From IMG/VR virus record IMGVR_UViG_3300025852_000010, positions 1 through 29,419 of that record: a stretch of 29,419 bases of DNA. One strand, given 5' to 3'. Below the pieces are notes generated by a model, which saw only the letters and a program-made list of their open reading frames with translations, was not told where the DNA came from and ran no database searches. Both the position numbers and the translations under genes were made by a program. This DNA is from a virus. Taxonomy: Duplodnaviria > Caudoviricetes. The first letter of the stretch is position 1; each line of letters begins with the position of its first letter. Below, piece by piece: positions 15,963 through 24,482 of this stretch.

Positions 15963-16320
15963 CTCCACTCCCTTCCTCGGCGCGGGCTTCAGCTACGAAC
16001 TCAGCCCAGCACTTGGGGCAGAGGTCGCAGTCGTCGTCGGTGCGGTGCCAGCCCTCGGCGTCTACGGATTCGACGGTCTTCTCGCAACCTTCGCAGCGAA
16101 TGAGGTCGCAGTGCTGCACCCGCAGCCGCTCGTTCTCGGCCTCAGCACGCTCGGCACGCCGCTTGAGTACCGGCAACGCGAACTCACCGAAGTCTTCGTA
16201 CAGGTCGTGGTACTCCTCTAGTGCTGCGTCTGACATAGCGAGGTCCGCCTCCAGTGCGGCGATGCGGGCAAGCAATGTCTGGTAATCAGGTCCGCCACAG
16301 TCTGTGCATGGTCCGCTCAC
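15955..16320 (-). CDS. Hypothetical protein (ARIAE family, Zn finger)
   Basis: ARIAALEADL, RAERAEAENER, CEGC..CPKC. Confidence 0.65.
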   Translation of the reverse strand: MSGPCTDCGGPDYQTLLARIAALEADLAMSDAALEEYHDLYEDFGEFALPVLKRRAERAEAENERLRVQHCDLIRCEGCEKTVESVDAEGWHRTDDDCDLCPKCWAEFVAEARAEEGSGDE

Positions 16321-16511
16321 GTCGCCCCCCTCTCAGCCCGGAGTTGTTCGTTCATGTCCTTGTACCTCCATGCCTCATCGCTCCAGTGCTGCTCGCGCTC
16401 GCGTTTCATGTCAAGCAGCGAATTGACTGTCGCCAGCTCCGCCTCCATCTCGGCGATGCGGGCATTGGCAAGTTTGCAGCCCGGTTTGTACTCAGGGTGG
16501 TAGTTGGTCAC
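16317..16511 (-). CDS. Hypothetical protein (ARIAE family)
   Basis: GTG after GGAGG; ARIAEMEAEL. Confidence 0.6.
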   Translation of the reverse strand: MTNYHPEYKPGCKLANARIAEMEAELATVNSLLDMKREREQHWSDEAWRYKDMNEQLRAERGAT

Positions 16512-16729
16512 GATTCCTCCGATATCAATTGCCCGCACGTCGGGCAGCACTTCGGTTCCGGTTCCGGCATGTCGAGCCAGCGGGTCGGCAGGCCGAACGT
16601 CCGCCTCTCTCCCGGTCGCCGCATTATGGTGTGACGGGGATTGATGCCCGGGCCGACGTACTCAAGAGTGTCGCCGACACGGACGGACCATGCGCCAGTT
16701 GCGTTGTCGTTGACGGTCGCGGTGGTCAC
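16508..16729 (-). CDS. Hypothetical protein
   Basis: Coupled ORF, C-terminal CPTCG. Confidence 0.55.
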   Translation of the reverse strand: MTTATVNDNATGAWSVRVGDTLEYVGPGINPRHTIMRRPGERRTFGLPTRWLDMPEPEPKCCPTCGQLISEES

Positions 16730-16899
16730 CACGGTTCCCTCAGCCGCGGGTACCTGGGGAATACCCAGCGACGATCCGACCGGCGGCTCTGGTAGTGCAG
16801 GCGCGGGATGCCGGGCCACAGGAATAGCATCCAGAAGCGGCCGCCGATGTCGAACACGATGTGTCCGCCGTAGCGGTGCAGGTCCATGCGGAGGCTCAT
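16726..16899 (-). CDS. Hypothetical protein
   Basis: 4-bp overlaps with both neighbours. Confidence 0.5.
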   Translation of the reverse strand: MSLRMDLHRYGGHIVFDIGGRFWMLFLWPGIPRLHYQSRRSDRRWVFPRYPRLREPW

Positions 16900-17147
16900 G
16901 GGGTCACCGCCGGCCAGTCCTTCGTCGAGTTGACGCACATTCCGACACCGCCGTCTTCCATGGGGCAGTTGTCTTCTGCGGCACGCGGGCACTCGGCGCA
17001 GGCATGTTTATAGCCAGGGGAGCAGTTAGTCGTCTGGCCGCCGCAGGGCGCGAGGTCGGCCAGTTCACAGCCGCACCACTCGCTGCAGAGTCCACCGTAT
17101 CCATCCGCGGCGAGCTTCTCTCCGAGATAGGTGAGCAGGTCTTTCAT
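16896..17147 (-). CDS. Hypothetical Cys-rich protein
   Basis: YL...GYGGLC..CGCELADLAPC..C.PGY; ATGA coupling. Confidence 0.6.
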   Translation of the reverse strand: MKDLLTYLGEKLAADGYGGLCSEWCGCELADLAPCGGQTTNCSPGYKHACAECPRAAEDNCPMEDGGVGMCVNSTKDWPAVTP

Positions 17148-17986
17148 GCGGGTACCTCTCTGTAGTCGCACATTGGGCATTTCGCTCGTTGCCGGTCGTC
17201 ATACGTCAGGTCCGCCTCGCACTTCGGGCACGTGGGCCGCTTGACTAATGCCGGCCCCTTCCCGTTGCCGCCGCCGTATCCGGGTGGCTTGCCGTCCTTC
17301 CAGTCCTCCCACGCCCGTTTGGGGCCGATGAACGTGGCGGGGTGGGAGACATACTGAAGGTCGGTTCCGGGTTCGTTCGCGTAAGCAGCAAGGTGGACGA
17401 CGGCGAGAATGGCGGCGGCGCGATCCTGGACGCCGAGGCGCTTCCACCTCTTCTTCGTCTCAGCTTTTCCGACCTTGCGGGGATAGGGGTTCCAGAAGTC
17501 AGAGAAACCGTCATCGGCGGGAGCCGGTGACGATATGTTCTTAGAAGGTGAAGGAGAAGGAGAAAGAGAAGCGCCTCGCGCGCGAGGGGCGCTTAACGCC
17601 ACTTTTGGCGCTTTTTTATTATTGTCGCCATTTTTGGCGAAAAGCGCCGAATGGTCAGCACGCTTCACGGCGGGGATGTATGCCTGGTAGCGATAGAAGG
17701 TCGAGGTATCGAAGTAGATGACTCCCTCGTCCGGCTTCCACGCGACCAACCCAAGGGAGTCCATGTGCCGCAGCGCCGCCTCAACATCGGCCTCCGTCTT
17801 GTCGCGGCGGGCCGGAGCGACCATGTATAGCAACTCGTCCGGTTGAGCCGTGATTGTCGCGGAATCCTCGGCGTGCGGGATCATCCACGTGTAGAGCAGG
17901 GCCGCGAAGTCGCCAGCCTCAAGTGCCAGTTGATTGATTGTGCTGTCTATGGAAATGGCGGTGGAGATGTAGCGGCGGCGACTCAC
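17144..17986 (-). CDS. Phage replication initiator / replisome organiser
   Basis: N-terminal LLYTWMIPHAED..FYRYQ winged-helix-type region, SPSPSPS linker, FSDFWNPYPRKVGK..W..HPATFI C-terminal domain. Confidence 0.75.
   Translation of the reverse strand: MSRRRYISTAISIDSTINQLALEAGDFAALLYTWMIPHAEDSATITAQPDELLYMVAPARRDKTEADVEAALRHMDSLGLVAWKPDEGVIYFDTSTFYRYQAYIPAVKRADHSALFAKNGDNNKKAPKVALSAPRARGASLSPSPSPSKNISSPAPADDGFSDFWNPYPRKVGKAETKKRWKRLGVQDRAAAILAVVHLAAYANEPGTDLQYVSHPATFIGPKRAWEDWKDGKPPGYGGGNGKGPALVKRPTCPKCEADLTYDDRQRAKCPMCDYREVPA
17565..17648. repeat. Palindromes and AT-rich patch inside initiator gene (putative ori)
   Basis: CGCCACTTTTGGCG (17597) and CGCCATTTTTGGCG (17626) flanking CTTTTTTATTATT. 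Confidence 0.5.
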
Positions 17987-18363
17987 TCTCCCGCCCTCAA
18001 CGCCAGCAACTCACCGAGACTATGCACGACAGGGATGCCGAGCCTCTCCGCTTCCACGATCTCCGCCGCGACGCCGCTAGAGACGCTCCCGTTACGGTGC
18101 AGGGTGGCGACGACGAAGACGGCGGCGGGTTTGCCGGCCAGCAGCCGCAGGAGGTCCATGCTCCGCCGCTTGAAGACTTCGTCGGTGAGTGGGATCGGAC
18201 TGGCGAGTCCTTCGAGCATGTCACCCGCCGCATTTATCGGGCACATGCCCAGGTCCATGAACTGGCGCGAGACGGCGCTCATGCGGGCGCAGTTGGCCAG
18301 GTACTCGCCGGGATAGCCGGACATGGGCGCGGCGATGTATACGTAGTAAGCCTCGTCCTTCAC
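17983..18363 (-). CDS. DUF4406 / nucleoside deoxyribosyltransferase-like protein
   Basis: VYIAAPMSG..G.CPIN..S.GVAAEIVEAERLGIPV. Confidence 0.65.
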   Translation of the reverse strand: MKDEAYYVYIAAPMSGYPGEYLANCARMSAVSRQFMDLGMCPINAAGDMLEGLASPIPLTDEVFKRRSMDLLRLLAGKPAAVFVVATLHRNGSVSSGVAAEIVEAERLGIPVVHSLGELLALRAGE

Positions 18364-18614
18364 GGCGCGGTCCTTTCGGCCTTCTGTCTGCGTCCCGGCC
18401 ATGCCAGAAGGGAGCGGAGAGCCCTGATTGTCGCGTCTTTCTCCCCCAACTCCCCGTGATACCACTTCACCTTAGCTACTACGCTGTCCACGGCCTCATC
18501 GGCTTGCCGCGACTCTTCCGCGAGGTCGGCCTCCAGCTCGGCGATGCGCTTGCCGTCTTCGATGATTCGCTTGTTCAGACTGACGATTAGTTCCGGCATT
18601 GTCATTTCGCTCAC
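18360..18614 (-). CDS. Hypothetical coiled-coil protein (ARIAE family)
   Basis: KRIAELEADL; GTGA overlaps. Confidence 0.55.
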   Translation of the reverse strand: MSEMTMPELIVSLNKRIIEDGKRIAELEADLAEESRQADEAVDSVVAKVKWYHGELGEKDATIRALRSLLAWPGRRQKAERTAP

Positions 18615-18865
18615 AGCAACTCCCCGTCTACCGCTCGCCCGATGTCGCACAGCGCCCGCTCGAGGCGGCGCAGCCGTGTGACGATCTCCTCGCATTGGTT
18701 GTGGAATGGACAGTCAACTCTCAGCTCCTGACTACTGTCGGGGGGGTTAGTGGCTACAGGCGGAAGGATGACGTCGCTGAGCCTGACGTAGTGCTCGCAG
18801 GCGCGTACGTCTTGACCAACCTTCTCGCAGTATTGGTCGTAGCAGGTTGTGCAGGTCTGGGTCAT
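18611..18865 (-). CDS. Hypothetical protein
   Basis: ATG after GAGGAG; CxxC. Confidence 0.6.
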   Translation of the reverse strand: MTQTCTTCYDQYCEKVGQDVRACEHYVRLSDVILPPVATNPPDSSQELRVDCPFHNQCEEIVTRLRRLERALCDIGRAVDGELL

Positions 18866-18905
18866 GTGATCTCCTCAATGAATCGGCCGGGCGCGAGATG
18901 TGACG

Positions 18906-19517
18906 TCAAAACATCACCCCCGCCCAGTCCATGGGGTCCTTGGCGGCCTTGCTGCCGTTGCACTTGGGACAGGAAAGCACGATGTTCTCGGGGCCGTTTG
19001 ACGACGTGCGGTCGCCGGCCAGCGGTATCACGTGGTCGACGTGGTGGCCGCCCTTGAGACTCACTGCGCAGGCGGGATTCACCTGGCGCCAGAAGCACTT
19101 GCCGTGCTGGCGCTCGTACTGAGCCTTGACGTCGGCCGCGGTGTGGGTGCCGGTGGCGTTGCGCTTGCGGGCTTTTGCGGCGCGGTTCCGCGCGGTCTTC
19201 TCCTCAGCGTGCTCCGCGTGATACTCGTGGTTGTACGCGGCAGTCTCTTCGCGGTGCGCTTGGTAGTACAGGCGGTCATACTCGGCACGTTCTTCGGCGT
19301 GCGCCGCGCGGTACTTGCGCTTGTGCTCGGCAATCTCTTCGCGGTGCTCCGCGTTGTACTTGCGCTTGCGCTCGGCACTCTCTTCGCGGTGCGAAGCGTG
19401 GTACTTGCGGCTGTGCTCGGCACTGGCGGCGCGACACGCCACGCAGCGACAGCCGTGGTTCGGGTACAGGTATCCGCTCGGCGAGCCGTGCGCCCGCAGT
19501 AGGTTGATTCTTCGCAT
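18906..19517 (-). CDS. Free-standing HNH endonuclease (alternative start 19559)
   Basis: HGSPSGYLY..GCRCVACR, five 15-aa repeats, HHVDHVIP..NGPENIVLSCPKCN. Confidence 0.88.
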   Translation of the reverse strand: MRRINLLRAHGSPSGYLYPNHGCRCVACRAASAEHSRKYHASHREESAERKRKYNAEHREEIAEHKRKYRAAHAEERAEYDRLYYQAHREETAAYNHEYHAEHAEEKTARNRAAKARKRNATGTHTAADVKAQYERQHGKCFWRQVNPACAVSLKGGHHVDHVIPLAGDRTSSNGPENIVLSCPKCNGSKAAKDPMDWAGVMF

Positions 19518-19523
19518 ACGTCC

Positions 19524-19553
19524 AGCATGGGCGGCCAGATTGGGGACGGAGGA
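19524..19553 (-). promoter_or_regulatory. 13-bp box promoter/operator copy 2
   Basis: TCCTCCGTCCCCA-N11-CATGCT-N6-ATG. Confidence 0.55.
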
Positions 19554-19555
19554 GC

Positions 19556-19972
19556 TCATACCGCCATTTCCTGCTGACCGAACTCCCCGAGTATCTCAAG
19601 GCAACCCGCGTGTACCCGCCGCTCCCAGCAGGCTGAGCAACACCCGCTACCGTTGATGATGTGGTCGCGGGCTAAGTACGTGATGCAGCCCGGCGTTCCG
19701 CAGCGGCGCGGCGGCAGGGTCACCCACACGGGGCCGCTATCCGGGCTGTAGGTCATCACGTAGAGAGCGCCATCGTGGCTGCCCATGATGTAGGCGTTGA
19801 TGTTGACGATCCTGAATCTCTGGCGGCGCAACGCGGCGATGGCTTTCTGCACCTTCTTGCGGGTGTTCGGTCCCCACTCCATGCCGGCCATCTCGGCCAG
19901 CGCGAATGTGGTGCAGGGACGGACCGCGAGTGCGGAAACGATGGTGGCGCGGAGGGTGGCGGATGCGCTCAC
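19556..19972 (-). CDS. Putative winged-helix + Zn-finger protein
   Basis: TTFALAEMAG..RKKVQKAIAALRRQ; CGTPGC..CCSAC. Confidence 0.6.
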   Translation of the reverse strand: MSASATLRATIVSALAVRPCTTFALAEMAGMEWGPNTRKKVQKAIAALRRQRFRIVNINAYIMGSHDGALYVMTYSPDSGPVWVTLPPRRCGTPGCITYLARDHIINGSGCCSACWERRVHAGCLEILGEFGQQEMAV

Positions 19973-20526
19973 GAGTTCCCCCTGTATTCAGCACGGGTCA
20001 TCCCGTACTTCCCGATGTAGTAGCGGTCCAGCTTCGCCCTGTTCTGCCGGTTGCGCCGCCCATTGTCGCGCTCGTGCTGCGATCTCCTAATGTCCGAGAC
20101 GCAAGCGCGGCAGGGATTCCGTAGCGGCACCCAGTGAACGTCGCCAACCGGCTTCGTCTGCCCGCACCGCAAGCAGCGTCGAACTTTGGCCGCATCTCTC
20201 GCGGCCTTGTCCGTCGCCCGCTTCTGCTTCTGTTCGCAGCCTAGGCAGGTCGTCGAGTGCCCGCGCGTCAGCCGCCGGAACGCCTTCTCGGCGTCCAGCC
20301 GGCCGCACGTGTCGCAGACCTTGAACCGCCTCCCGAGGTAGACCATGAAGTCCGGCGCCGGCTGATGCAGGTCGCACGTCTCGCCTCCGTTGTACCGGCT
20401 CAGGATCGTCTTGCATCCGTCGTGGCAGCAGCGGCGGCCGGCGGCGTACTGCCTCGGCCACTGCGCCTGACACTGCATGTGGGCGAGGTCGATGTCGGGG
20501 AGTTGATTGTCGGGATGGCCGGTCAT
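19969..20526 (-). CDS. Multi-Zn-finger hypothetical protein
   Basis: RRCCHDGCKTILSRYN..C.LH plus further CxxC pairs. Confidence 0.65.
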   Translation of the reverse strand: MTGHPDNQLPDIDLAHMQCQAQWPRQYAAGRRCCHDGCKTILSRYNGGETCDLHQPAPDFMVYLGRRFKVCDTCGRLDAEKAFRRLTRGHSTTCLGCEQKQKRATDKAARDAAKVRRCLRCGQTKPVGDVHWVPLRNPCRACVSDIRRSQHERDNGRRNRQNRAKLDRYYIGKYGMTRAEYRGNS

Positions 20527-20774
20527 CCTTCAATCAGCTCCCGCACGCTTTTAGTCGACACTAGGAACCCAGGCACGTCCGGGACCCGCCGCAGCTTCCC
20601 GGCCTTGACGAGCCTCCTAACCGTGCCAACTCCGCGGTAACCAAGCTCAACCGCGGCTCGCTCGATGGGTATGGCCCCCGGCAGCAAGGCCCAGTGGTCG
20701 ATCTGGACGATGACGTTAGGACCGCCGGGGGCCGCGCCTGATACGGCGTCGCGGAGGAGGGCGTGGGCGGTCAC
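20523..20774 (-). CDS. Excisionase-like HTH protein
   Basis: IERAAVELG..TVRRLVKAGKLR...VSTKSV. Confidence 0.65.
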   Translation of the reverse strand: MTAHALLRDAVSGAAPGGPNVIVQIDHWALLPGAIPIERAAVELGYRGVGTVRRLVKAGKLRRVPDVPGFLVSTKSVRELIEG

Positions 20775-21298
20775 GCCTCTGGCCCCATATCGAATCCGAA
20801 GCCCTCATCGGGGTCGGTACCGCCCTCACTCGTGGCGACGCCGTCCTGTGCGGATGGGGCAGCCGTGGGGGTATCTTCGGTATCGTCGCCGACTTCGCCG
20901 GTGACGGGGTCGACGTTGGCGGGCGGCTTGGTGGTTGCGGCGGGCGGGTCGATGAAGAGGATGCGGTAGCCGCTGTTTGACTTGCCGCTCTCGTCGGTGA
21001 CGGGGTGCAGGGTGACCTTGTGGCCGATTGCGGTGCCGCTCTTCTTTCCGAAGTTGGCCCTGAGGAAGCGGGCGTTGGTTTTGTTCAGGACGTACTCGCG
21101 CTTGGTGCTCGCGAACGACACGACGTAGGCATCGCTCGGACGACTGCCAGGAATGCGCAGTTGCTCTTTGTAAACGTCTGTGATCGTCAGGGTGACGTCG
21201 CGCAGGTGGCCGGCTTCGTCCCGGAGATCGTCGGCGTGCAGCCAACGCTCCGGGAAGGCATCGTCCCAACTGAAATCGCGCTTGGTGCTCTCGGTCAT
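20771..21298 (-). CDS. Putative ssDNA-binding/annealing protein
   Basis: FPERWLHADDL..VTLTI..LNKTNA..GHKVTL; acidic tail; follows the RecE-like gene. Confidence 0.6.
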   Translation of the reverse strand: MTESTKRDFSWDDAFPERWLHADDLRDEAGHLRDVTLTITDVYKEQLRIPGSRPSDAYVVSFASTKREYVLNKTNARFLRANFGKKSGTAIGHKVTLHPVTDESGKSNSGYRILFIDPPAATTKPPANVDPVTGEVGDDTEDTPTAAPSAQDGVATSEGGTDPDEGFGFDMGPEA

Positions 21299-22128
21299 TC
21301 GGACCCTCCGAAGGAAAGGATTGATTCGACGTCGTTCTCATCCATGCCAGGCGTCCACGGCGGCAAGTCGAGGTCTTCCTCGTCCTCATACAGGAACGGC
21401 CAGTGGTCGTTTGCCTCGCACTCGGCGATCTGTTCGAGAAGGCGGTGGAAGAGGTCGGACCCGGCCCAGACTTCGGCCGGCGATACCTTGAGGACGGCTA
21501 CCTCGAACGCGCCCTGCGCCTCGGCGACGATGAGTTTGGATTCGACGTCGATTCCGAGCGCGGCCTTGATGCCGTCGCGGTACATGCCCCGCTGCCCGTG
21601 GTAGAGGAGGTCGGCGCCGGCGTTGCGGAACTTGCGGAGGTTGCCGAGCTTCACTCCCGTGGTCTTGAGGTCGGCCTCGACCGGGTGACCGCTCGTGCGG
21701 ATGCGGTCGACGCGGGATTTGCACTGCCGCCCCGTCGCCTCGTCGGTCCATGTGATGACGTGTTCGGTGTAGCCCTTGCCGCCGAGCAACTTCTTCGCCT
21801 TGGGGTGGGAGTGGACGGCGTCGCGGACCTTGAGGGCGCGCTTGTAGTCGACCTCGCGCACGGGCTGCTTACCCTTGTTCTGAGCGAGGAAGTCTGCCCA
21901 CTTGTTTCCGGCGCGGCTGCCCATGTCGGCCATCCACACGGCGTATTCCAGCAGTAGGGAATCGGGCTCGAAGACGGCACTGTGAACGAGGCTGCCGAAG
22001 TCCATCGCGTCCGTCGAGTCTCGGGGACCGTCCATGTGGTCGCGGTAGGAGCGGGGGCCGTCGAACATCGTCTTGACGTTGCTCCAGCGGTCGCCGGGGA
22101 GGGCGTCGTATTCGGCGTAGGTGCTCAT
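21295..22128 (-). CDS. RecE/exonuclease VIII-like PD-(D/E)XK nuclease (DUF3799-type)
   Basis: TDAMDFGSLVHSAVFEP, CKSRVD, DLKTT, YHGQRGMY. Confidence 0.88.
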   Translation of the reverse strand: MSTYAEYDALPGDRWSNVKTMFDGPRSYRDHMDGPRDSTDAMDFGSLVHSAVFEPDSLLLEYAVWMADMGSRAGNKWADFLAQNKGKQPVREVDYKRALKVRDAVHSHPKAKKLLGGKGYTEHVITWTDEATGRQCKSRVDRIRTSGHPVEADLKTTGVKLGNLRKFRNAGADLLYHGQRGMYRDGIKAALGIDVESKLIVAEAQGAFEVAVLKVSPAEVWAGSDLFHRLLEQIAECEANDHWPFLYEDEEDLDLPPWTPGMDENDVESILSFGGSE

Positions 22129-22373
22129 GCCTCCACCGCCGCCTTCCGCGCCGCCTGCCGAGCCTCGTAGGCGTCGTCAATCAGCTTCCCGGCGACGTCC
22201 TTGCTGCAGCAGTAGGCATCCGAAAACATCTCGACTGCGATGTCGAATTGATCCTCAAGCTGGTCGCGGTAGCCGCACAGCAGCCGGATCTGCATCTCAC
22301 GCTTGGCCAGTGCCCGCTCGTGGTTCTTCTCGATATCGCTCAGTTGCCGGCGGATTGCGTCGAAGCGGGTCAT
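22125..22373 (-). CDS. Hypothetical protein
   Basis: MTRFDAIRR..., coupled overlaps. Confidence 0.6.
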   Translation of the reverse strand: MTRFDAIRRQLSDIEKNHERALAKREMQIRLLCGYRDQLEDQFDIAVEMFSDAYCCSKDVAGKLIDDAYEARQAARKAAVEA

Positions 22374-22570
22374 CAGAATCCCACCCAGCGGCGGTCGGCT
22401 TCCGAGTCGCACTCTTCGCACACGAGCACGTCGTACCCGGTGCCCCACGGGTGGGCGTTCGTGATCTCGACAGCCCACGCGAGCCCACCGCCGCACTTCG
22501 CGCACTTGCGGCAGTGACGGACGCGAGGCAGGCCGCATAGGCGTGCGGCTTCCTCCATAGTCAAAGTCAC
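22373..22570 (-). CDS. Hypothetical Zn-ribbon protein
   Basis: CAKCGG...CEEC; coupled. Confidence 0.5.
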   Translation of the reverse strand: MTLTMEEAARLCGLPRVRHCRKCAKCGGGLAWAVEITNAHPWGTGYDVLVCEECDSEADRRWVGF

Positions 22571-22773
22571 GAGTCCCCCTCCGGCTCGCACGTCTCGATG
22601 ATCTCGCCGCCCTGGTGTTTCGGGTGGCGGACCCATGCCAGTGCGCTGCGCTTTGCCATGACGAGGTAATTGCGGTGCAGACGACAGACGCAGTAGGGCT
22701 CGCTCCCGTCGTTTGCCTCACGCTGGGCGCGGGCGACGTTCTTGGCGAGGTCGCGGAACGGCTTGCTGCTCAT
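22567..22773 (-). CDS. Hypothetical protein
   Basis: ATG after GGAGG. Confidence 0.55.
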   Translation of the reverse strand: MSSKPFRDLAKNVARAQREANDGSEPYCVCRLHRNYLVMAKRSALAWVRHPKHQGGEIIETCEPEGDS

Positions 22774-23003
22774 GGCCTCCTCCCGTGGATGCAGCCGAAG
22801 TCGGCCTCGGTGAGCAGGCCGCCGGGCGCGCGGAACGATCCGGACACGCGGCAGGAGCCGAGCTTGGCGCTGTCCGGCTCGCCGCCCCAGTGCCGGCAGT
22901 CCGCACAGAGGCATGGCGGGGGGGCGGAAGATGCTTGCCAACTCGCGAGGGCGGCGGCGTAGCGGCGGCCGTTCTCGCGGCGCTTGATGATGGCGTCGGT
23001 CAT
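22770..23003 (-). CDS. Hypothetical Cys-rich protein
   Basis: CADCRHW..G.C..TEADFGC. Confidence 0.6.
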   Translation of the reverse strand: MTDAIIKRRENGRRYAAALASWQASSAPPPCLCADCRHWGGEPDSAKLGSCRVSGSFRAPGGLLTEADFGCIHGRRP

Positions 23004-23311
23004 CGGACGCCTCGCACGACCACGAGCCCGACCAGAACGAGGCCGCCAAGGATGACGACGGCCGTGGGCACGTGGACGGCGATGTAGCCGACCAGGTACG
23101 CGGCGGCCACCACGAAGGCGATCAGGAAGAGGTCGAAGGCGAGGGCGAAACGGAGTCCGCGGAAGAAGTTCGAGCTGACGCGGGTGTTGCGCTCCGGCTG
23201 AGTACGGGTATAGTACGCGTGTGTCTGGTGGTTCTCGGACGTTCTGCTGGGCTCTTCTACCGGGGTCGTCCCTGCGCTAACGGGGGCGGCCCCAACTTTC
23301 GTGGGGGGCAT
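23000..23311 (-). CDS. Membrane protein, first gene of the early operon
   Basis: ATG after GGAGG; two hydrophobic C-terminal segments. Confidence 0.6.
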   Translation of the reverse strand: MPPTKVGAAPVSAGTTPVEEPSRTSENHQTHAYYTRTQPERNTRVSSNFFRGLRFALAFDLFLIAFVVAAAYLVGYIAVHVPTAVVILGGLVLVGLVVVRGVR

Positions 23312-23488
23312 GACTTCCTCCAAGTCATAGACGGGAGAGCGGATGGTGTTTCAGATGCGTTTCCCCTTCCGTAGCGTCCTCACGGTTTCAACGCTTCCTA
23401 TCAAATACCCTGCCGGCAGCGATTGCAAGGGCTTTAGCGGTTTGAGACGGAACAACGTTGGGAACTTAATAAACGAGGGAGGTGAACT
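23312..23488. promoter_or_regulatory. Divergent control region
   Basis: AT-richer intergenic gap between the - early operon and the + two-gene unit. Confidence 0.6.
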
Positions 23489-23692
23489 GTGATGAAGACA
23501 GGAGATGCGCGCAACCGGCTCGAGGCCGAGCACGGCATCGTCGTGACGACGCAGACTGTGACCGGATGGGTAAGGGCGGATAGTTCCCTTGGCCGCAAGA
23601 TCGTGGGCCGCTGGTATGTGAACTGGGATGCGCTGCTGGCATTCGTGGGCGAGCAGGCGAAAGACGACATGACGAACGAGGGGGAGAAATGA
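23489..23692 (+). CDS. Small Xis/AlpA-like HTH DNA-binding protein
   Basis: Strong RBS GGAGGTG; TQTVTGWVR...GRKIVGRWYVNWDALLAF. Confidence 0.7.
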   Translation: MMKTGDARNRLEAEHGIVVTTQTVTGWVRADSSLGRKIVGRWYVNWDALLAFVGEQAKDDMTNEGEK

Positions 23693-23925
23693 CGCAGACC
23701 TGCGACAGTTGCCAGACAGAACTCAACGACGAGGTGAAGTTCTGCCCAGAGTGCGGGCAGGGCGTGGGGCAGGAGGTCGAGGCGCCGGTCGAGTGGCCGC
23801 CGCGCATGCCCGAACGGCCCCGGCCGCGGATATTCGGGGCGGTGCTCGGGGCGCTCATAGTGTGGTCGATCCTTGTCGGCGTCCTCGCGATATTCGTCTT
23901 CGCGCTCGCGAGTGCCACGCCGTGA
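23689..23925 (+). CDS. Zn-ribbon membrane protein
   Basis: CDSC..KFCPECG plus C-terminal TM helix; ATGA coupling. Confidence 0.7.
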   Translation: MTQTCDSCQTELNDEVKFCPECGQGVGQEVEAPVEWPPRMPERPRPRIFGAVLGALIVWSILVGVLAIFVFALASATP

Positions 23926-23926
23926 C

Positions 23927-23968
23927 GAAAAAAGGCCCGCGCCTGCCGGAGGAAGACAGGACGCGGGC
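23927..23968 (-). terminator. Terminator between convergent units
   Basis: - strand GCCCGCGTCCTG...CAGGCGCGGGCC followed by T7. Confidence 0.65.
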
Positions 23969-23989
23969 GTGGCCGGGGAGTTGGCCGGG

Positions 23990-24250
23990 TTACCGGGAGA
24001 TAGAATCTAAGGGTTCGGTCTTTGCGCTAACTCCTTCTATCAGGTTGGTCGTCGCGACGGTCGGGCCGCTCTTGGCGATTGCTGAGTGGAATGAAATTCC
24101 AGTCAGGACGCCGACGACTAGGGTGACGATCTGTACGTACACCGAGTCGACGGACACTACGCCGGCTGATGCCAGCACGCCGATGATGCCGAGGATGATG
24201 GTGCCAAGTACCGATTTCTTACCGTCCATGAACGCGATGATTGCCTGCAT
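23990..24250 (-). CDS. Holin-like two-TM protein
   Basis: MQAIIAFMDGKKSVLG.. two TM helices..HSAIAK; RBS GGGAGG. Confidence 0.6.
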   Translation of the reverse strand: MQAIIAFMDGKKSVLGTIILGIIGVLASAGVVSVDSVYVQIVTLVVGVLTGISFHSAIAKSGPTVATTNLIEGVSAKTEPLDSISR

Positions 24251-24482
24251 GCTACCTCCCTTCGTGTTAGTGATAACTCCTGTTTGTATAAGCAGCGGGT
24301 TCCCTCCGGCGTCCTTCGGCTCAGCCGAGACACCGCAGCCAGCTTCCCGCGCACCGCCTAGCCCCATGTGTCAATTAAGTAGCTGGCCCAAGTGATCTGC
24401 TAAGCGCCCACATCTCGATAAGTCGTGTCTAACTAGAACGCTGCCCTCAGTTAGCAACAAGTGTGGACACTTTTGTCCGTGG

